64,000 bases of DNA, taken from assembly GCA_963701855.1 (NCBI GenBank), contig CAVPBK010000012.1:32001-96000 (forward strand), given 5' to 3'. Below the pieces are notes generated by a model, which saw only the letters and a program-made list of their open reading frames with translations, was not told the origin of the DNA and did not search any database. Shown in pieces: positions 40,917 to 53,146 of this stretch. The translations under genes and the position numbers were made by a program. The DNA is from Nitrospirota bacterium (GTDB taxonomy: Bacteria; Nitrospirota; Nitrospiria; Nitrospirales; Nitrospiraceae). Position 1 is the stretch's first letter. Each line of letters begins with the position of its first letter.

Positions 40917-41135
40917 GCAGGAATGCTTAAAAAGTCCGTCCAGCACGGTCGCAGCCGATGAAAGCACCGGAGACGTAGCATTTATCACTCGCCCACCCAA
41001 GCTGCCAAGCCAGCTTGTTCTCCGACTGGGCTACGTTGAGGATGCGTTCGAGGCAAGAACGACGCATGGGAAAAGGCGCATCCCTGCCTCGCCGGGGTCT
41101 GGCCGGTGAGAAGAGCGAGTGTTTCAGTATCCTGC
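40917..41135. mobile_element. MITE-like intergenic element
   Basis: Imperfect terminal IRs gcaggaatgcttaaa / tttcagtatcctgc; related end at 43185-43213. Confidence 0.55.
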
Positions 41136-41368
41136 TAGGAGGTTCGAGACCGTCGGTCGAAGAGGCGCATCGCAAGACATCCGGCTGCCACACCTGCCGC
41201 AACCATTGCGCCGACTATCCAACCGGAAGAGAAACCTGTCCCTCGCGATTTACGACGTCGAAGGTCCCGACTCAGGTTCGGCATATGGGATTCCGGCCCG
41301 AGCCATTCATCCTCTGATGAGCGGGCCGAGCCCCTCTTGAAGAGAATGGTTGTCCTTCTTTCACTCAT
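41135..41368 (-). CDS. Small membrane-anchored hypothetical protein
   Basis: C-terminal hydrophobic helix. Confidence 0.45.
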   Translation of the reverse strand: MSERRTTILFKRGSARSSEDEWLGPESHMPNLSRDLRRRKSRGTGFSSGWIVGAMVAAGVAAGCLAMRLFDRRSRTS

Positions 41369-41433
41369 GATTCCCCTACCTCTCTGCAAGCCTACCCATA
41401 CCAATCCCACTAAAACAGCCTGAGCGGCAGATC

Positions 41434-42126
41434 CTAGGCAGACCGAGAACTAGTGTAGTTTGCCCAGGTCTCATTCACTTGGGTAATCGGAGCCGGTTCG
41501 TACACATGGCAATCAAGACGTAGCGAACGGTCGCCAAGAGGAACGTTCAGATAATCACAGTGATGCGGACGATCGGCATTGTCGTGTTGATTGGGGCGAA
41601 AGTTGTGACAGGACACACACATCCTCGCGACAGAAATCTCTCCCTGTTCTTGGAGACTACGAATGACCTTTACCAGGGATCTAAGGAGGGAGACCTGCTC
41701 CGGTGCCGAGAGTGCCTCCGTCGCAGTTGCCAGCCGATCTGGCATACGGGAAGTGGGTGCGCAGGACCGATTCCCTTTGGCCGTCAAATACGCCATCACA
41801 ACCCGTCCATCGCTCATGTCACGACGCCGTCGAACCAACTGTTTCCGTTCGAGCGTAGCGATGACTTCCGACGCTGTCGGGAGCCTGACGGCCAACTCGT
41901 GCGCTACTGTGGAAACTTGCGCACGCTGCCCGGGCTTGGACCGAAGAAGCGTGAGAACCTGCCGCTGTAAGGGGCCAAGCCCTGCTCGACCTTCTCGCCG
42001 CCACGTCCGGCTTTTCATCGCCAGCCCAATCTTTTCTAGGCCGGCCGCCAGCTGAGTCGTCAACGCAACCGCATCCTGTAACCTCGCCGACTTCTTCTTG
42101 CTACCGAGCGTGCGCTGTTCAGCCAT
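41434..42126 (-). CDS. MarR-family regulator with a Cys-rich C-terminus
   Basis: Winged-HTH DGRVV..LT.KG; C..C....HHC...C. Confidence 0.85.
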   Translation of the reverse strand: MAEQRTLGSKKKSARLQDAVALTTQLAAGLEKIGLAMKSRTWRREGRAGLGPLQRQVLTLLRSKPGQRAQVSTVAHELAVRLPTASEVIATLERKQLVRRRRDMSDGRVVMAYLTAKGNRSCAPTSRMPDRLATATEALSAPEQVSLLRSLVKVIRSLQEQGEISVARMCVSCHNFRPNQHDNADRPHHCDYLNVPLGDRSLRLDCHVYEPAPITQVNETWANYTSSRSA

Positions 42127-42505
42127 GAAGCTCCTCCTTAAATACCAGTATTTCTTAAGTGTAGTGTGCCTACTATCCCCACGTCAAGATTCCGGATGGC
42201 CCATCGACCAGTACATAACACCAATGAGCGGGCCAGAGAGGGGAGTGATCGTAGGATGCCGACTAGCCCATAAGATGGAAGCAGAGGGATCGAATAGCAC
42301 CACCTGAATCCAGGATTTGCCAGAAATATTTCAGCGACGACTCACAACTAACCGCATCCGACAAGAGAACAGTCGCCCTGCCAAGCGGCCATTCGGTGCC
42401 GAAGGCTAGGTTGGGTGTCATCGGCTTGATCGCCTTGCTTCCCGATTGGCCAAACAGTATATCGATCAGGTCAGCGAGAGCAGGGAACGTGCGCAGATCA
42501 GCGGA

Positions 42506-43023
42506 TTAGAACGTCTCATCCAGTAGCGATTGGATCAGCCGTTCCGTTTCCTGATACCCGCCCTCACCGATCCGCACATGGCAAATCACGCCCTGCTCGT
42601 CGATGAGATACATCGAAGGCCAGTAACGATTGCCATAGCGATTCCACGTCGAGAAGTCGTTGTCGATGGGGATGGGAAAGCGGATGTCGTGTTTTGGATA
42701 TAATGCTTCACCTTCGCAAAGTCGTGGTCGTAGGAAATCTCCTGCGAATGCAGACCGATGATCACCAATCCCTTATCTGCATACTTCTGATGCCATTGCT
42801 TCACGTAGGGTTCGACATTTCTGCAGTTGTAGCAGCCGAAGGTCCAGAACTCGCCCATCACGACTTTGCCCTACAGGTCAGACAGATATAAGGGCACGCT
42901 GTTCAGCCAGGTCTGGTTCATAATGTCCGGTGCCTTCATACCGAATCCTGCATTGGCCACGAACCAGGTTACGAGCACCCCGGCCAAAAGCGCACTGATG
43001 CCGATCAGAATTCGCTGTACCAT
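42506..43023 (-). pseudogene. Redoxin (DipZ/TlpA-like), internal stop plus frameshift
   Basis: FWTFGCYNC, NRYWP..YLID..G. Confidence 0.82.
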
Positions 43024-43107
43024 GGTCCTCTCCTTGTTCACGCGCCACTCCCTCCCAACGGTCCTGGGTCTACTTCGCAATCGTGGTCTCCGGGGGAAAA
43101 TAGGGCT

Positions 43108-43213
43108 TTCTGGTTCTTCTGGTTAGTTTCGTTCAACCAAAAACCAGACAGACCAAACGAATCAAACAGACCAAATGGACCAGACTGGCTGGCGGACCTT
43201 TTCAGCATCCTGC
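43108..43213. repeat. Low-complexity ~9-bp repeats (accaRac) plus one MITE-like end
   Basis: aaccagacagaccaaac..agaccaaatggaccagac; ttttcagcatcctgc. Confidence 0.5.
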
Positions 43214-43729
43214 GCGGCGTTCTCCTGGCTCGTATAATCACGAAGCCGTCAATTACGAGAGACCGACTGACCGTGGTGAGCTACAAACTGCCGACACTGG
43301 CGAAGACAATTCATCCGCGAGGGAACGGTTCCTGAACGAGAGCGGAAGAGCCAGCCTCCTCATCAACTGGGGAAGGAAGTGAACTGTGGCCATGGTAGGA
43401 AAACGTAACCGGACATAGAGCAGCGTGCCCCCTATCAAGCTCCCGTTGGACGGATCGGTACCGAGAAGCCCCAGCTCAGGAGGCATATCGTGGCAGGATG
43501 CGACAGATCACACAGGATCAACTATACGTGAAGAAAAAGCTTGGAAGATTTGTAAGAAGTAGCCAATACGTGCGGTGAATTCCCTGCGATCGAAGCCATG
43601 CGCAAGGGATTGCAAGCGTCTCTTTACATAATATCTTAGTGTGAAGAGAGAACACCGCATCGGATTCTGACTTCCGTGCGGCAATTACTGTAGAAGACCT
43701 CATAAATAGGCTAAAGTCCCTCACCTAAC

Positions 43730-44266
43730 TCACCTCCGATCAATACCTGCCGGAAGAGAGGGGATATAATTGGCATCCACGAGGTCTTCCCACACTGCGT
43801 CATGAGCAGCCTGCATGCCTCTCCCTCGTACGTAGACCATCCTGAGAACGGGTTCTTTCCCGGGCGCTAAACCGGTCATCCGGCCGACGACAAGCATGTC
43901 GCCCCAATGGTGGTGTGCGTTTGGAAAACTCTGATAATCTCCCACAACAACCCAATACCAGCCGCCCTCGGGGTCGTCTGGGCTGGGCGGAAGTTGAGGC
44001 CGGTAATCCTGGTCAAGCGGACGATTCTTCACGTGCAACCAGAGGGCATCGTCTCGTTCTTCCTCCTCCAGGATAACGCCGCCCATTATGACAAGCCGGT
44101 CTCGAAAATCCTGGGATGCCGCGGTCAACTTCGACAGCGTGACGTTCGGCACTGCCTCGCGCAGATATTTTTTTGGCACCGGACTGCACCCAACAACGAC
44201 GCACAGGGCCAGGAACAAGACTGTCCAGCCACACCAAGTCTGCCCGGTTTCAGAGAACCATTGCAT
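43730..44266 (-). CDS. Slp-family outer-membrane lipoprotein
   Basis: VVGC lipobox; V.MGGVIL...PLD...RP. Confidence 0.7.
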   Translation of the reverse strand: MQWFSETGQTWCGWTVLFLALCVVVGCSPVPKKYLREAVPNVTLSKLTAASQDFRDRLVIMGGVILEEEERDDALWLHVKNRPLDQDYRPQLPPSPDDPEGGWYWVVVGDYQSFPNAHHHWGDMLVVGRMTGLAPGKEPVLRMVYVRGRGMQAAHDAVWEDLVDANYIPSLPAGIDRR

Positions 44267-44353
44267 GTCTCTATCCTTCCCACAGTTGAATACCAGGCCT
44301 ACACGACGGGATCGCCGCCCAAGCCGAATCCCGTCGATACCCCATCCAGCTCT

Positions 44354-44968
44354 TCAGAGGGCGCCGGCTGCCCTTGCGCTGTTCATAAACTGTTCGATGC
44401 AGTCCTTGATACCCCGCTTGATGAGCAGACCGCTATTCATCCAGTCGACAGACTGCTGAAGGCTGGAGCGGCACACCGAGGCGAAGCCCACGGCGCCCGT
44501 TTGATCGATCTTGAAGGTCGCCAGAACTTCAAATCGTTGCTCGACCTCTCCGATGTAATTGAGAAAGAAATGCTCGATCGTGCCCGACACGACCCGCGCC
44601 TCACCCGGCTGCACATGATAGCCCGAAAAGGCCAGCTCCTGCCTGACCGCATTCGTGAAAAATTCCCCGATATCCTGTGACAAATACAGAGCTTCGACGT
44701 CACGGGAACTCGACTCGAACTTTTTCTGCTTCATCAGCCCGGTCGGATGGCCGGCATAGAGGAACGGCGCGACCTGTATGGTTCCATTCCCTTTTAACGA
44801 GTTAGAGGGCTGATAATCCAGGTACAACACCCGTGGACAGCCGGAACTCAAGCACGCCAGGATGAGCAGCGCAGCCACCGGCCATCGATGTCGGAGAGCG
44901 GACATAGGAATCAGTATTGAACGCGGTACCGGAAAGGTCAAATGGATCGAACGAGCATTCATCAGCAA
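44354..44968 (-). CDS. Putative lipoprotein (start probably near 44905)
   Basis: SSGC lipobox. Confidence 0.65.
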   Translation of the reverse strand: MLMNARSIHLTFPVPRSILIPMSALRHRWPVAALLILACLSSGCPRVLYLDYQPSNSLKGNGTIQVAPFLYAGHPTGLMKQKKFESSSRDVEALYLSQDIGEFFTNAVRQELAFSGYHVQPGEARVVSGTIEHFFLNYIGEVEQRFEVLATFKIDQTGAVGFASVCRSSLQQSVDWMNSGLLIKRGIKDCIEQFMNSARAAGAL

Positions 44969-45359
44969 GAATGCGCCGAAAGCCTACGGAGAGACGGAGC
45001 GTCTGTCAATAGCGAAGACAGCGTGCGAGACGGACTTTGCTCATGCAGGTGATCCATGGTGTGCGGCAAACCGTTGGCGCAGGTGAAGACGATGCACCGG
45101 CGAGGGATAAAGCTTGGAGAGGCTCCTAAGTGCAGAGGAAACGAGACCAATCTGTTTGACATTGCGACGGCTGTGGATACAGAACGTGAATCGAGAGCCC
45201 GTACAAAATTGAAAATATAGATACAACAGAGCGTACGAAGTTGTACGTATAAGTAGTCGCCACAGTACTAAGTCATTGAAAATGCGATGCTGTCATGCTG
45301 GATCGCAATTTGCTAATCCCTCGTGCAAGTTCATTCACATAACGAGGGAGGACATAATT

Positions 45360-45539
45360 ATGGATTGCCCGAAGTGCAAAGGATTGATGATGTTGGAACG
45401 ATTCTCGGACTTTTTCCTGGCCTTCTATGCGTGGAAATGCATCAACTGCGGAGCAGTCATCGATCGAACGATCGCCGAAAATCGAAAAAACAGCCTCGCC
45501 GCCAAATCCACGAAGGAAGTTGAACCGGCCACGGTGTAA
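45360..45539 (+). CDS. Small zinc-ribbon protein
   Basis: GGAGG RBS; CPKC...CINCG. Confidence 0.8.
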   Translation: MDCPKCKGLMMLERFSDFFLAFYAWKCINCGAVIDRTIAENRKNSLAAKSTKEVEPATV

Positions 45540-46055
45540 CGCACGGGCTGGCAGATATCGGAGTTCCGGTATCGCACGTGAGGGGCTCGACCATGAGCGG
45601 GCCGGAACTCTTGGATACGTTCAAGGCAGTAACTGCCTCTGAACTACATTCTTCAGCCCGCACTCCACAATTGTTCATCGACTCTCACAGTCTTTTCTCC
45701 CCCTGTACGATACCGCATTGATCTGAACAGACTTTCTACTTAACGAGGTGAGGATCTGAGCGTGACGTCCTGACCGAGACCAGGAACCCACTCGCCTCGA
45801 TACCTTCTTGCATGGATTCCCTTTCGCATTTGGAATGGCGCTGGTGCGGCATACCTGGGCGAAGCAAGGGTCCCTATTTCTCGACGCTCGGCGTTCTACC
45901 TTTGTGCATACAACCGGATGGTGTCTCCACCGGTTCCAGCTGTATGATGGGACATTGACGATTTTGATGGAGTGATACAACGACGGCAAGGCTCGTTCCC
46001 CGCGAACGACCGTCGGCTTGCTTAATACGTCACGCTCAAAAGAAGGAGAATCGCA

Positions 46056-46790
46056 ATGACGGATGAAGACAGGCCTGCGGGGCGTCTCCTTTCCCGCCGT
46101 GAAGTCGTGGCATTTCTTGGCGCCGCCGGGGCGGTCTGGCTGATGGCCGGAAGTCTGAACCCTAGGTGGGCTGTTGCAGGTACGCCTGGAGCCTCATGTG
46201 TGGTCCGACCAGAGCAAACCGGAGGCCCCTATTTCGTCGACGAACGGTTAAATCGCTCCGACATTCGCTCGGATCCGACCGATGGACAATTGAAGTCCGG
46301 TACGCCACTGACTCTGACGCTACAGGTCTCGCGCCTCAACGCCGGAGAATGTCAGCCGCTGCCTGGATCCCAAATAGATATCTGGCATTGCGATGCGCAG
46401 GGCATCTACTCGGATGTGCAGGATCCTGGGTTCAACACCATCGGCCAGAAATTTTTACGGGGTTATCAAATCACCGACGCGCGCGGCGAAACTCGGTTCG
46501 TCACTGTGTACCCCGGCTGGTATCCGGGCCGGACGGTACATATTCACTTCAAGATTCGCACCGCACCTATGACTCAGCGAAGATTCGAGTTCACGTCGCA
46601 ATTGTACTTCGACGATGTGCTGACGGATCGCGTCCATGCTACCCCTCCATATGCCGCGAACGGGCCGCGCACCGCGCGAAATCAGCATGATTGGATCTTC
46701 CGACGTGGCGGGGATCAACTCATGCTGGCTCCGAAGATAACGACAGACGGATATGCGGCGACATTCGCGATCAGCCTACAGCTTCCTTGA
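46056..46790 (+). CDS. Intradiol ring-cleavage dioxygenase family protein, Tat-exported
   Basis: SRRE leader; GPYF, DIWHCDAQG.YS, PGWYPGRTVHIH. Confidence 0.9.
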   Translation: MTDEDRPAGRLLSRREVVAFLGAAGAVWLMAGSLNPRWAVAGTPGASCVVRPEQTGGPYFVDERLNRSDIRSDPTDGQLKSGTPLTLTLQVSRLNAGECQPLPGSQIDIWHCDAQGIYSDVQDPGFNTIGQKFLRGYQITDARGETRFVTVYPGWYPGRTVHIHFKIRTAPMTQRRFEFTSQLYFDDVLTDRVHATPPYAANGPRTARNQHDWIFRRGGDQLMLAPKITTDGYAATFAISLQLP

Positions 46791-46849
46791 AGAACTCTGC
46801 AATACACCGCGTCTCGCTTTCCTCGGCTTATGAGCAGGTGTTATCAATT

Positions 46850-47140
46850 CACATCGCGGCCGGCCCACCACGATTCGCGGCCATGGATCGGCAGGATCAC
46901 CCGTTAGACTGTCAATCCGTTGCAGTTGAAGGTCCAGGTCGGCCAGGGGTCTGTTAAAAATTCTATGCTGCTCATAACCAGCGGATGAACGGCGCCCGGA
47001 TACAGATTCGTTGAGAGTGGAATTGTCTGGCCGTCGATGTCACGCCATTCTTCGAGGTGGTTAACCAGGACAAACCGTTCGCTTGGTGGCATGCGCGCCG
47101 TCAGCAGGAGCTGCATGATACCGGCGTATATTCGCGCCTG
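46850..47140 (-). pseudogene. Glycogen debranching enzyme N-terminal remnant
   Basis: LLLTAR.PPSERFVLVNHLEE...LSTNLYPGAVHP; downstream of the GH63 gene. Confidence 0.6.
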
Positions 47141-47249
47141 CGACCGTGCCGGAGGATCCCCCTCTAGCGTTTGTCTCCAGCCACTCAAGACTCAATGCCC
47201 AGTCGAGATTCCGGCAGCCTTCGGCTCCAATCCCTCACACCTCACATCC

Positions 47250-49958
47250 TCACTCCCCGCTCTGCTGAATCAGTTTCGCCACCAGTCCCGTCCAACCCGT
47301 CTGATGACTCGCGCCGATGCCGGCTCCGTTGTCCCCGTGAAAGTATTCGTAGAACAGTATGTTGTTGCGCCAATGCGGATCGTCCTGCAACCGGTTCATT
47401 CTGCCAAACACCGGACGTTTCCCCTGGGCATTCTGAAGAAAGATGTGCGTCAAACGGCGTGAGATTTCGGCCGCCACTTGCCAGAGCGTGGATTGACGAC
47501 CCGACCCGGTCGGACACTCCACCCGATATTGATTGCCGAGAAAATAGTGAAACTTTTGCAGCGACTCGATCAGGAGATAGTTGACCGGGAACCAGATCGG
47601 TCCACGCCAATTCGAATTGCCTCCAAACAATCCTGTGCTGGATTCAGCCGGTTCGTAGTCCACACGATGTTCACGGCCCATGACCGAGACCACATAGGGA
47701 TGATCTTTGTGATAGCGCGAGAGCGCGCGAATGCCGTAGGGAGACAGAAACTCTTCTTCATCCAGCATGTACCGCAACACGGATTTCAGCCGATCACGAC
47801 TCACGAGTGAGAGAAATCTCCGCACACCTCCGTCGGCGGACTGCGTTTCCAGATGCTGTGCAAAGTCCGGCTTATTCTCGATGAACCACTGCATCCGGTG
47901 CTTGAAGCGAGGGAGGCTATCGATGAGCTCCGAGTCGAGCGTTTCCACGGCAAACAGGGGAATAAGCCCCACCATCGAGCGGACCTTCATATGTGTGGTT
48001 TCCCCATTCGGCAGATGCAGCACGTCGTAGAAAAAACCGTCTTTGCGGTCCCACAACTCGATCTTCTCACCGCCGATGTTGTTCATGGCGCGGCAGATGT
48101 AGACGAAGTGTTCGAAGAATTTGCTGGCTACGTCTTCGTAGGCCCGATTGTCTCGAGCGAGTTCCAGCGCGATCGTCAACATGTTGAGGCAATACATGCC
48201 CATCCAGCTGGTGGCGTCCGATTGTTCAATGTGGCCACCGGTCGGCAACGGCGCGCTTCTGTCGAAGACTCCGATGTTGTCGAGACCGAGAAAGCCGCCT
48301 TGGAAAATGTTTTTCCCATCGGCATCCTTGCGATTGATCCACCAGGTAAAATTCAGGAGTAATTTATGGAAGACACGTTCCAAGAATACACGATCGCCGA
48401 CACCTTTTCGTTTTTTTTCGATCTTGTAGATGCGCCAGGCGGCCCAAGCATGGACCGGCGGATTGACATCGCCGAGGGCCCATTCATAGGCGGGAATCTG
48501 TCCGTTCGGATGCATGTACCATTCACGCAGCATGAGGACGAGCTGATCCTTGGCAAACGTGGAGTCGACGAGTGCGAGCGGGATACAGTGGAACGCAAGA
48601 TCCCAGGCGGCGTACCAGGGGTACTCCCACTTGTCCGGCATCGAAATGACATCGGCATTATAGAGATGGGTCCAGTCGGAGTTGCGACCGTGGAGGCGCT
48701 CACGCGGCGGTTCCGGCATGCTCGGATCACCTTTGAGCCATCGATTGACGTCGTAGTGATAAAACTGTTTGCTCCAGAGCAGTCCGGCAAAGGCTTGCCG
48801 CTGCACACGGCGCGCATCTTCCGACAGATTGGTCGGCGCAAGGCTATCATAGAACTCATTCGCTTCCTTGAGGCGTGTCGTAAAGACGGTGTCGAAATCC
48901 TGTGTGGCAAACCCTGGGCTCTGCTCTTCGTTGGTTAATCGCAAGCGGATAGTCGTTGTCACGCCGGGCGCGAGCGTGAGTATATACTGGGCTGCAGCTT
49001 TGGTGCCCAGATGATCCGGATTGACCGCTTCCTTCTCGCCCTGCACGACATAATCGTGAAAACTATCCTTCACATACCGAGCGCCTTCTTGGTCACCATA
49101 GAGACGTCGGGTGTTGGTTTCATTTTCCGTAAAGAGCAGAGTGGGCTCGCCCTCGCAGAGTAGCCGGCGCAGGCCATAGGTCTCGTGCTGCGTCTCGATG
49201 ACGCTCATCTGGTTCATCGACTCTCCTTGCTTGAAACGGGGGCGCCGGATGTCCGATCCCCATGACCATGTGTTGCGATACCAGAGAGTTGGAAGCAGCG
49301 TGAGTTCGGCCTGCTCGGGTCCACGATTTACCACTTGGATACGGATGCAGAGATCTTCCGGCGTGGCCTTGGCATACTCCACAAAAACATCGAAGTAGCG
49401 ATTCTCGTCAAACACGCCGCTGTCGAGCAATTCAAACTCGAGATCTTGATGCCCCCGACGGCGATTCTCCTCAACCAGCCGAGTATAGGGGAATGGTGCT
49501 TGCGGGTACTTGTAGAGGTATTTCATGTAGGAATGCGTCGGCGTCGAATCGAGATAGAAGTAGCATTCCTTCACGTCCTCGCCGTGATTGCCTTCGTTGC
49601 CGGTGAGCCCGAAGACTCGTTCTTTCAAAATCGGATCGCGTCCGTTCCACAAAGCCACGGCGAAGCAGATCAGTTGATGGCGATCGCAGATGCCAGCGAG
49701 GCCGTCCTCGTTCCAGCGATAGGCGCGGGATCTGGCGTGATCATGGGGGAACGCTTCCCAAGGGGTCCCATGTGGACTGTAGTCCTCACGCACGGTTCCC
49801 CACGCCCGTTCGCTCAGATAGGGCCCCCAGCGTTTCCAATGACGCTGACGCTTCGCGTCCTCTTCAAGGCGTTGTTGTTCTGCCAGAATCGGTGGTTGAG
49901 AAGCGGAAGCAGTCTGACGATGAGAGGCCACACGACTCCTTCGGTAGAAACGTTGCAC
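47250..49958 (-). CDS. MGH1-like GH63 glucosidase
   Basis: [42 protein letters not shown]. Confidence 0.92.
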   Translation of the reverse strand: MQRFYRRSRVASHRQTASASQPPILAEQQRLEEDAKRQRHWKRWGPYLSERAWGTVREDYSPHGTPWEAFPHDHARSRAYRWNEDGLAGICDRHQLICFAVALWNGRDPILKERVFGLTGNEGNHGEDVKECYFYLDSTPTHSYMKYLYKYPQAPFPYTRLVEENRRRGHQDLEFELLDSGVFDENRYFDVFVEYAKATPEDLCIRIQVVNRGPEQAELTLLPTLWYRNTWSWGSDIRRPRFKQGESMNQMSVIETQHETYGLRRLLCEGEPTLLFTENETNTRRLYGDQEGARYVKDSFHDYVVQGEKEAVNPDHLGTKAAAQYILTLAPGVTTTIRLRLTNEEQSPGFATQDFDTVFTTRLKEANEFYDSLAPTNLSEDARRVQRQAFAGLLWSKQFYHYDVNRWLKGDPSMPEPPRERLHGRNSDWTHLYNADVISMPDKWEYPWYAAWDLAFHCIPLALVDSTFAKDQLVLMLREWYMHPNGQIPAYEWALGDVNPPVHAWAAWRIYKIEKKRKGVGDRVFLERVFHKLLLNFTWWINRKDADGKNIFQGGFLGLDNIGVFDRSAPLPTGGHIEQSDATSWMGMYCLNMLTIALELARDNRAYEDVASKFFEHFVYICRAMNNIGGEKIELWDRKDGFFYDVLHLPNGETTHMKVRSMVGLIPLFAVETLDSELIDSLPRFKHRMQWFIENKPDFAQHLETQSADGGVRRFLSLVSRDRLKSVLRYMLDEEEFLSPYGIRALSRYHKDHPYVVSVMGREHRVDYEPAESSTGLFGGNSNWRGPIWFPVNYLLIESLQKFHYFLGNQYRVECPTGSGRQSTLWQVAAEISRRLTHIFLQNAQGKRPVFGRMNRLQDDPHWRNNILFYEYFHGDNGAGIGASHQTGWTGLVAKLIQQSGE

Positions 49959-49998
49959 AACTAGAGTCGCCCTGCGGCGGAAAATCTAACAGTAGGCA

Positions 49999-50190
49999 AG
50001 CCTGCATTATTCATGACGGTTCGTCGCGAAATCGCGCAGTCGCATTGCGAGACGGGCACGCGGAGCCACGAGGCCCCGAGGCGTACTTAAACAGTACGTC
50101 GAAGGGGCGAGCGGCGAGCCTGCCTGCCAAAAGCTTGTCGCAGCAGCGAGTCCACGATTGCAGCAGAAGCGCTCATTAATAATGCAGGCT
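49999..50190. mobile_element. MITE-like element with 18-bp terminal inverted repeats
   Basis: agcctgcattattcatga / tcattaataatgcaggct (17 of 18 match); internal hairpin. Confidence 0.7.
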
Positions 50191-50433
50191 AATACTGAGC
50201 CCTGGATGTAGTCAAGCAAAGGCGATAGACCGATCAGCCGCCAGTGATGAAGAGAGGCCGCCCATCCTCGCCCCATGCAACGTTGAAAGTTGGTTACCCA
50301 GTCTCGAGCGTGCCGTCTGAAGCGATCACGCTCAGCCCGCTGAGCCGCACACCAAAGATGTTGCCCTTCGGCGAAATATGACCGCTCTTACAGAGCTTGG
50401 GGAGAAATGAAAATGGAAGAAGGGTATTGAAAA

Positions 50434-50470
50434 CTGGTGCGCCGGCTAGGGTTCGAACCCGTAACCCTCT
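50434..50470 (-). other. Degenerate tRNA 3'-end remnant (att-like)
   Basis: gggttcgaaccctagccggcgcacca on the minus strand; no 5' half. Confidence 0.5.
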
Positions 50471-50698
50471 TTGACTGATGATCGGCAGGCTCAGTAGTAC
50501 GGGCAATTTCTATTGCATTGCAGCCACGCCAGCCGGCCGAGTGCTGTGGGGACCAGGATGAATGGGCTCTGGTTGAGTGGTTGGGAAGGAAGATCAAGAA
50601 TGCCTGGCGAACTGGCGGGGCGGAGCCATGCTGAACTCCGCTAGCCGCCAGAACGTCGGGCGTTGTCAGTCCCAAAGACGCTGAAAAAACTACTTGCC

Positions 50699-50992
50699 CT
50701 ACTTAGCACCCTCGACCAATTTCCCGTCCAGCATTACGGCTTGGCCTTCCTGCAGCTGTATCTCTTTCCCGTCCTTCATCAACATCTTGCCGTTCATCAT
50801 GACCCTTGTCCCGTTGGACATGGTCGTCTCGCGATCCATACGGCCAATCTCTTTCCCTTCCGTCACCCTCACCATCTTGCCATTCTTCATCATGACGCCA
50901 TCCTTCTCGACGGCCATTGCAGGGACGGCAAGAAATGACAGGGACAAGCAGAGGCCAACAACTGCGAGTGTGATGTTTCTATAATTCACCAT
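50699..50992 (-). CDS. Secreted Met-rich protein (DUF6799-like)
   Basis: DGVMMKNGKM...MSNGT.VM.NG...KDG. Confidence 0.7.
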   Translation of the reverse strand: MVNYRNITLAVVGLCLSLSFLAVPAMAVEKDGVMMKNGKMVRVTEGKEIGRMDRETTMSNGTRVMMNGKMLMKDGKEIQLQEGQAVMLDGKLVEGAK

Positions 50993-51479
50993 GGCTACAA
51001 ACCTCCATTGATATGAATGAATGATGTGAATGAATTCTCCTTGACAACATTGAACCTGGAGCGGCAAGGAGGACCGCGTCCGGCTTGGGCGGATATGGGA
51101 CCGGCCTCATTGCCTGACTGCCACCGTTCGTCAAGGTCGAGGTCGTGCCATCTTCGATGTGGCTGGCTGCGTGAATGTTTTCGGGGTTGGTGAAGCGATA
51201 CGTGAGCCGGTGAGTCAGGCGAAAGTGGCTGCTGTAATAGCGAGCACAGATTCACAGCCGAGATTCGAAGAACAGGACCGCACATCACAAATTAACCGCC
51301 CGCCTTATCCGCAACGGGCAAGCTCATCGCGCGATGCGCGTGAATTTTCCGACGCGTTTCTTTAGCTGCAATGACACATTTAGATCAGCACATTATTTAC
51401 TAGTGACCTGGAGGCTGTCAAGTACACAGACTGAGGTGTTATACTATTGCCCAATCAGAAAAGCTAAGGAGCAGACACG

Positions 51480-51662
51480 ATGTTTGTACAGAGCATGGCC
51501 AAGACCGAGATGACCAGGTTTTGGCAGTCTATGTTTGACTACTGCCATGAAGATTACTCCTGCGTGCTTGGATGGGGCATGACAGGAATCGTGGTAGTCC
51601 TGGTAATCTTAGTCGGTTTGGGTTTAATGATGAAACGCATAAATGATAGAAATAGGGAATAA
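51480..51662 (+). CDS. Small membrane protein
   Basis: AAGGAG RBS; one TM helix. Confidence 0.45.
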   Translation: MFVQSMAKTEMTRFWQSMFDYCHEDYSCVLGWGMTGIVVVLVILVGLGLMMKRINDRNRE

Positions 51663-52054
51663 AAAAAGAGGGCCTAGCATCGTTTACCGGAAACTTTGCC
51701 AGGGTCAGCAGACGGGAACGGCGAACAAACTCACGGACACATTCTCTTGAAGCGATCTCCTAACTTACTGGAGCATTAGCGAATAAGAAGTGTTCAGGCG
51801 ATAGCCAGCCACAGCCCACCAGAATTCTATTGGATTGCTGCCCACGCGATTTCTACCGACATCAGAGTGATCCGAAGACAATACCTACCGCACCATCAAT
51901 GGATCTGGAACGGTTATCGTCCAGTCCGACGATGCAGAACTCATGATATCACTAAGCTGAAACGACACACGCGACGCAGTAAAGCCTTCTCTCCCACATC
52001 AAAATAACAAGTCCATAGAGCGCGGAAAAGAGACGCAAAAGATGTTGAAAGATG

Positions 52055-52091
52055 TGGTGAGCCGGCTGGGACTCGAACCCAGGACCCTCGC
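52055..52091 (-). repeat. att-like tRNA-Lys 3'-half repeat
   Basis: 37 bp identical to 60922-60958. Confidence 0.88.
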
Positions 52092-53146
52092 CCTAATAGC
52101 TCGAAAAGATGGATTCACACAAGGGCTTGGGTTTGTGAAGGTTTCCCCGTTTTCTCTGCTAGCAAGGACTTGAGATAAATCTAGAGATCCCATTAATTCT
52201 GTAGAATGCAAACCGTTGTGGAAATTTTTAGCACAAATTTAGCACGGCGACGTTCTTGCTTGGTGTTTTCGGCCTATCTATGGGGAGGAGCGCAAGATGT
52301 TGCTGGCCTACGCGATAACGTCGCGGCTCGCAAAGGTTGTGTTTGATCAGCTCAAAAAGCGGCGATTCGTTGATGGCAGCCAGACCCACCAGCTCTGCAT
52401 TTTGGAATTGCGTGATTTGTTTCACAGGAGTGTCCTTTCGCTGTTCGATTGGTTTGGTCCCTTCACCAACTCGATCTCATCCATGCGCCAGGTCTTGCCA
52501 AAATACGGCGAGCATTCACTTGATTTCCTGGACTGGTCGGCGAAGGGCCAACAGACCCTTCTTTCTTTGGCACTCCGGGAGCCTATACTTTTGCCAGAAT
52601 CTGGTCAATTCATAGGTACGCTCAGGTGTTGTCTTAGCGGGCGGAAATGGTTGTACGACCCTGCCGCCGTGCCCCGCTATATTGAATGCACTGCTCCACT
52701 TAATTCGTAGACAATTCCCTGAAGATTGCTAATCATCAATTCTACAGAGAATCCATTCTTTTCGAGTCTCCATTTCTAATGAGACAGCCGGGCGCACTCG
52801 ATCGTAGCTCTGGTAAGAGACCTCGGACGTCTTCCACTACGATGTGTTTAGAATATTTTCAGTGGGTTTGATATATCCAGCGGACTGAGCCACCTGTCTA
52901 TATTTTAAGCGGGGTACAACAGGCTAGCTGAAATTCGAATACCGCTGGTCTCCTGCCCGGAACACCTGCAAATATTGTGGCAACCAAACCCTCGAAAATT
53001 CAGTCGAGTCTTTTTCAAGAAAGACGATCGGACCTGTCTCCACCGAGTAACAGACTTTCCTTCACCCTATCCTAGGCGGTCTAGCCAAACTGCAGCGCAC
53101 CATGCAGATGATAGGCGTTGCAAGAAATTCTGCAATTCATTGACTG

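Noticed and set aside
52055..52100. Functional tRNA genes at 52055 and 60922
   Set aside because: Only the 3' halves are present; the D arm and 5' acceptor strand are missing.
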